Translations under genes and position numbers: made by a program
Assembly (NCBI GenBank): GCA_015233675.1
Contig: JADFXH010000004.1
Coordinates: 72,492-136,491, forward strand
DNA: 64,000 nt
Source: Candidatus Omnitrophota bacterium
GTDB lineage: Bacteria; Omnitrophota; Gorgyraeia; Zapsychrales; Fredricksoniimonadaceae
Direction of reading: 5' to 3'
Shown: in pieces, positions 61,709 to 64,000 of the stretch
Layout of the letters: the number at the start of each line of letters is the position of its first letter
Position numbering within the stretch: the stretch's first letter is position 1
Notes under the pieces: model-generated
What the model was told of the DNA's origin: nothing
The model's database searches: none
Seen by the model: only the letters and a program-made list of their open reading frames with translations

Positions 61709-63616
61709 CTATTCTTCCCTGCCCGATGCTTGTTTAAGAGCCTTAATGAATTGCGGATTAATAACGCCTCCCAAATCCTGGGCCTTATGCACATCTACCC
61801 ACGCTTTATCATATTCTTCTAAATGATAATAAAAAACGCCCCGGTCATAATAAGTTTCAGCATAGCTGGGCTTTATTTCGATGGCCTTCGTGAAATCAGA
61901 CATGGCGGCATAGAAATTACCTTTTTGGGCATAGACACTGCCGCGGTCTTCATAGACTTCAACATCCTTAGAGCCCGCTTCAATGGCTTTTGTAAACTCA
62001 AGGATGGCTTTATCAAAATTTCCTTTTTTGGCATAAATAGCACCAAGATTAATAAAGGCGTCTGCGTAGTCAGGTTTTATTCCAACAGCTTTATTATAAT
62101 CTGATATCGCTTGAAGAAAATCACCATGCTTATCGTAAATAACACCCCTGCTATAATAAGCCTGCGCATGATTAGGTTTTTTCTCAATAGCTTTGCTATA
62201 ATCTGACATGGCCTGGATAAAGTTACCATTTTGGCCATAGCTAACACCCCGGTTATAATAGGCATCCGCGTAATCAGGATCTAATTCAACAGCCTTTTTA
62301 AAATCAGACATGGCCAAAGCCAAATTATCTGCCTTACCATAGGCATTGCCGCGGTTATTGTAGGCCCTTGCTTTATGCGGAGATTTTCGAACGGCATCAT
62401 CCCATAAAACAATTTCATCCTTCCAAACTTTATTTCTTTGACAAGTTAAGACTGAATAACAAACTGTCACAATTGTCAGCAGGACAGCCGCCCCTCTCAT
62501 ATTATTTCTGCCCCAAAAATAATACACGCCGCTGACTAAAAATATACTGTAGCCCGCCAAAGGCAAATACAGCCTGTGCTCAAAAATGACATCCTGGATC
62601 GGAAAAATACTTGATTCAGGTAACAGCGTCAAAAAGAACCAAAAAATAGAAAATGAAACTAACCTGTACTTTAAAAATAACCGTTTGGCAGTAAAAAGAA
62701 TAATGATCAATAGAAAGAAACAGGATAACACGGAGAACTCAAAGAAACTTTTTGAGACAGGATAATCATAATCAATGTTCTGGTTTATCGGCAGAAAAAC
62801 AAATCTAACATAGGTGACCATGACCCTGAATTGGGTAAAAAGATAATGTATAGGGGAAATACTTGCAGGACCTTCTGCCGTACGATGCATTTCTTGAAAA
62901 TTGACTGACTTAGTCATTAACATTGTTGCAGGGATAATAAATACGGCGAATAAAAACGGAATCATGTATTTCCAATTAGAATTTTTCCTCGGGTTTAAAA
63001 AACTAAATTCATAAAGCAGGATCATCAAAGGGAGAGTTATCGCTATCTCCTTAGTGAACATGGCTGCTATCGCTGTTAAAGCAGCGGCGATGTAATAGAA
63101 TTTCCACTGGATTGAACTTGATTTTTCATCCCGCAGCAGCCTAGATTTTACATAAAGGCTTAAGGATGCCAGATAGAATAATGCCGCCATCGAAGCTGCC
63201 CGTTGAACGATATATGTCACTGCTTCCGTCTGCATAGGATGCGCGACAAATACCAGGCCTGCAAATAAGGCAATGGGACCGGCATGCTTGGCGATCTTAT
63301 CCTCTTTCATGAAAGGAGAAGAGAAAGTCAAAAGGACAAGCCACCAAACAAAAAAACCTGAAGCTAAATGGACGCTGAGGTTAAAAAGATGATAACCAAA
63401 TACATTAAGGCCATGGAGATGATAGTTAAGAGCAAAAGAGAGATAGGTGATAAAACGACAGGGCCAGAAATTCCATATATTTTGCAAGTCCGAAATATTC
63501 TTTATAAAATGATTGTCGATGATAGAGGGAGTATCATCAAACTGAAACGAGCAAAAGAAGGTGTTAATATAGACAAGGAGCCCTAAACCAGCAATGATAT
63601 AAAACCCTCTCCTCAT
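61709..63616 (-). CDS. TMTC-like GT-C membrane glycosyltransferase fused to C-terminal TPR repeats
   Basis: The ATG at 63616 forms an ATGA overlap with the upstream gene. N-terminal FQFDDTPSIIDN motif, about 10 TM helices, then about 7 TPR units (AYYNRGNAYG...). This is the layout of TMTC/PMT-like protein O-mannosyltransferase homologs. Confidence 0.7.
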   Translation of the reverse strand: MRRGFYIIAGLGLLVYINTFFCSFQFDDTPSIIDNHFIKNISDLQNIWNFWPCRFITYLSFALNYHLHGLNVFGYHLFNLSVHLASGFFVWWLVLLTFSSPFMKEDKIAKHAGPIALFAGLVFVAHPMQTEAVTYIVQRAASMAALFYLASLSLYVKSRLLRDEKSSSIQWKFYYIAAALTAIAAMFTKEIAITLPLMILLYEFSFLNPRKNSNWKYMIPFLFAVFIIPATMLMTKSVNFQEMHRTAEGPASISPIHYLFTQFRVMVTYVRFVFLPINQNIDYDYPVSKSFFEFSVLSCFFLLIIILFTAKRLFLKYRLVSFSIFWFFLTLLPESSIFPIQDVIFEHRLYLPLAGYSIFLVSGVYYFWGRNNMRGAAVLLTIVTVCYSVLTCQRNKVWKDEIVLWDDAVRKSPHKARAYNNRGNAYGKADNLALAMSDFKKAVELDPDYADAYYNRGVSYGQNGNFIQAMSDYSKAIEKKPNHAQAYYSRGVIYDKHGDFLQAISDYNKAVGIKPDYADAFINLGAIYAKKGNFDKAILEFTKAIEAGSKDVEVYEDRGSVYAQKGNFYAAMSDFTKAIEIKPSYAETYYDRGVFYYHLEEYDKAWVDVHKAQDLGGVINPQFIKALKQASGREE

Positions 63617-64000
63617 GATTGCCCGCTGCCCCCTTTTATAAAATACTTCACAACCCCCGGTCTTGAAAAATAATAAATGGCTGCCAAACAAAAAGACACT
63701 TCAACGCTCCAGCTGACAATGACCGCCATCCAGGTAAAAGCCTGTAAAGAAAAATCTGTAACGTTATTTTGATAATAAGCCGACGTTGTATAATTAAGGA
63801 ATCCTTTATACGTGTGCCGAAGATAAATGGTGGAAATCGAAAAATAGCACAGGCCTATGAGGATTTTGCGGAAATTATCGTTCAGGCAAATGACCCCTGC
63901 TCCGCATGCCAGGCCAAATACCCGCAAAATGTATGAAACATAATAACGGACGGCAATTATTCTTTCAGGGAACTCCCTGTTAACGAATTTATAGCCGCTA
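63613..64000 (-). CDS. Hypothetical polytopic membrane protein, C-terminal part only (5' end outside the window)
   Basis: The frame stays open to nt 64000; the tracked TTG start at 63927 is internal. The sequence is hydrophobic. Confidence 0.5.
   Translation of the reverse strand, partial: SGYKFVNREFPERIIAVRYYVSYILRVFGLACGAGVICLNDNFRKILIGLCYFSISTIYLRHTYKGFLNYTTSAYYQNNVTDFSLQAFTWMAVIVSWSVEVSFCLAAIYYFSRPGVVKYFIKGGSGQS

Noticed and set aside
61576-61794. 72-aa minus-strand ORF in and around the TMTC-gene/secretin intergenic region
   Set aside because: It overlaps the 3' end of the TMTC-like gene out of frame, has no SD and is AT-rich. It is probably non-coding.

Overview
This 64-kb window comes from a diderm (Gram-negative-type) bacterium and looks moderately AT-rich by eye. 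All genes but two lie on the minus strand, and many are joined by ATGA-type 4-nt overlaps.

**1-20.4 kb (housekeeping).** Genes: GT2 fragment, plsY, pgsA, lepB, lepA, cmk, tyrA, a DAHP synthase, hisC, modABC plus a Mop protein, an LpxL-family acyltransferase, pheA, scpB, ruvA, ruvC, yebC, RNase HI, a COG1579 zinc-ribbon protein and two tRNAs. An RNase P RNA gene (rnpB) overlaps the 3' end of the RNase HI gene.

**20.5-28.4 kb (main finding).** A single ORF of about 2,635 codons encodes a signal-peptide-bearing mosaic protein. It carries a canonical GHKL/Hsp90-like ATPase motif set, a second degenerate copy of that module, an 8-unit WD40-like propeller array, an HExxH metalloprotease-like motif, and distinctive N- and C-terminal modules.

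**28.5-46.9 kb (envelope and efflux).**
- Three small LTxxQ (Spy/CpxP-like) periplasmic proteins, two of them clear paralogs.
- A CxxC-x17-CxxC mini-protein and a TPR protein.
- Two complete tripartite RND systems: mdtABC plus an outer-membrane factor (OMF), and an acrAB-like pair plus OMF plus MarR. The MdtC homolog has an unusual AT-rich C-terminal extension of about 140 aa with four predicted TM helices.

**47-51.8 kb.** Orphan envelope proteins, an erythrin-VIT1 iron transporter, uppP and an orphan ABC ATPase.

**52-64 kb (second main finding).**
- A compact machine that is a hybrid of type II secretion (T2SS) and type IV pilus (T4P) components.
- Its parts are a secretin with a TPR-like tail, a REC domain, a GspE/PilB ATPase, a GspF/PilC platform protein, a PilM-PilN fusion, and PilO-like and PilP/GspC-like proteins.
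- It has three near-identical 146-aa prepilin paralogs, with a 52-bp tandem array of 4.3 units feeding directly into one pilin's Shine-Dalgarno (SD) sequence.
- A TMTC-like GT-C/TPR glycosyltransferase lies just upstream.

**Repeats and lineage.** Several small interspersed repeat families and a 180-bp hairpin element sit in intergenic regions. No CRISPR array, transposase, integrase or prophage genes were seen. From unverified memory, the terminal modules of the giant protein resemble proteins of uncultivated Omnitrophota-type lineages. That lineage guess is inference only.
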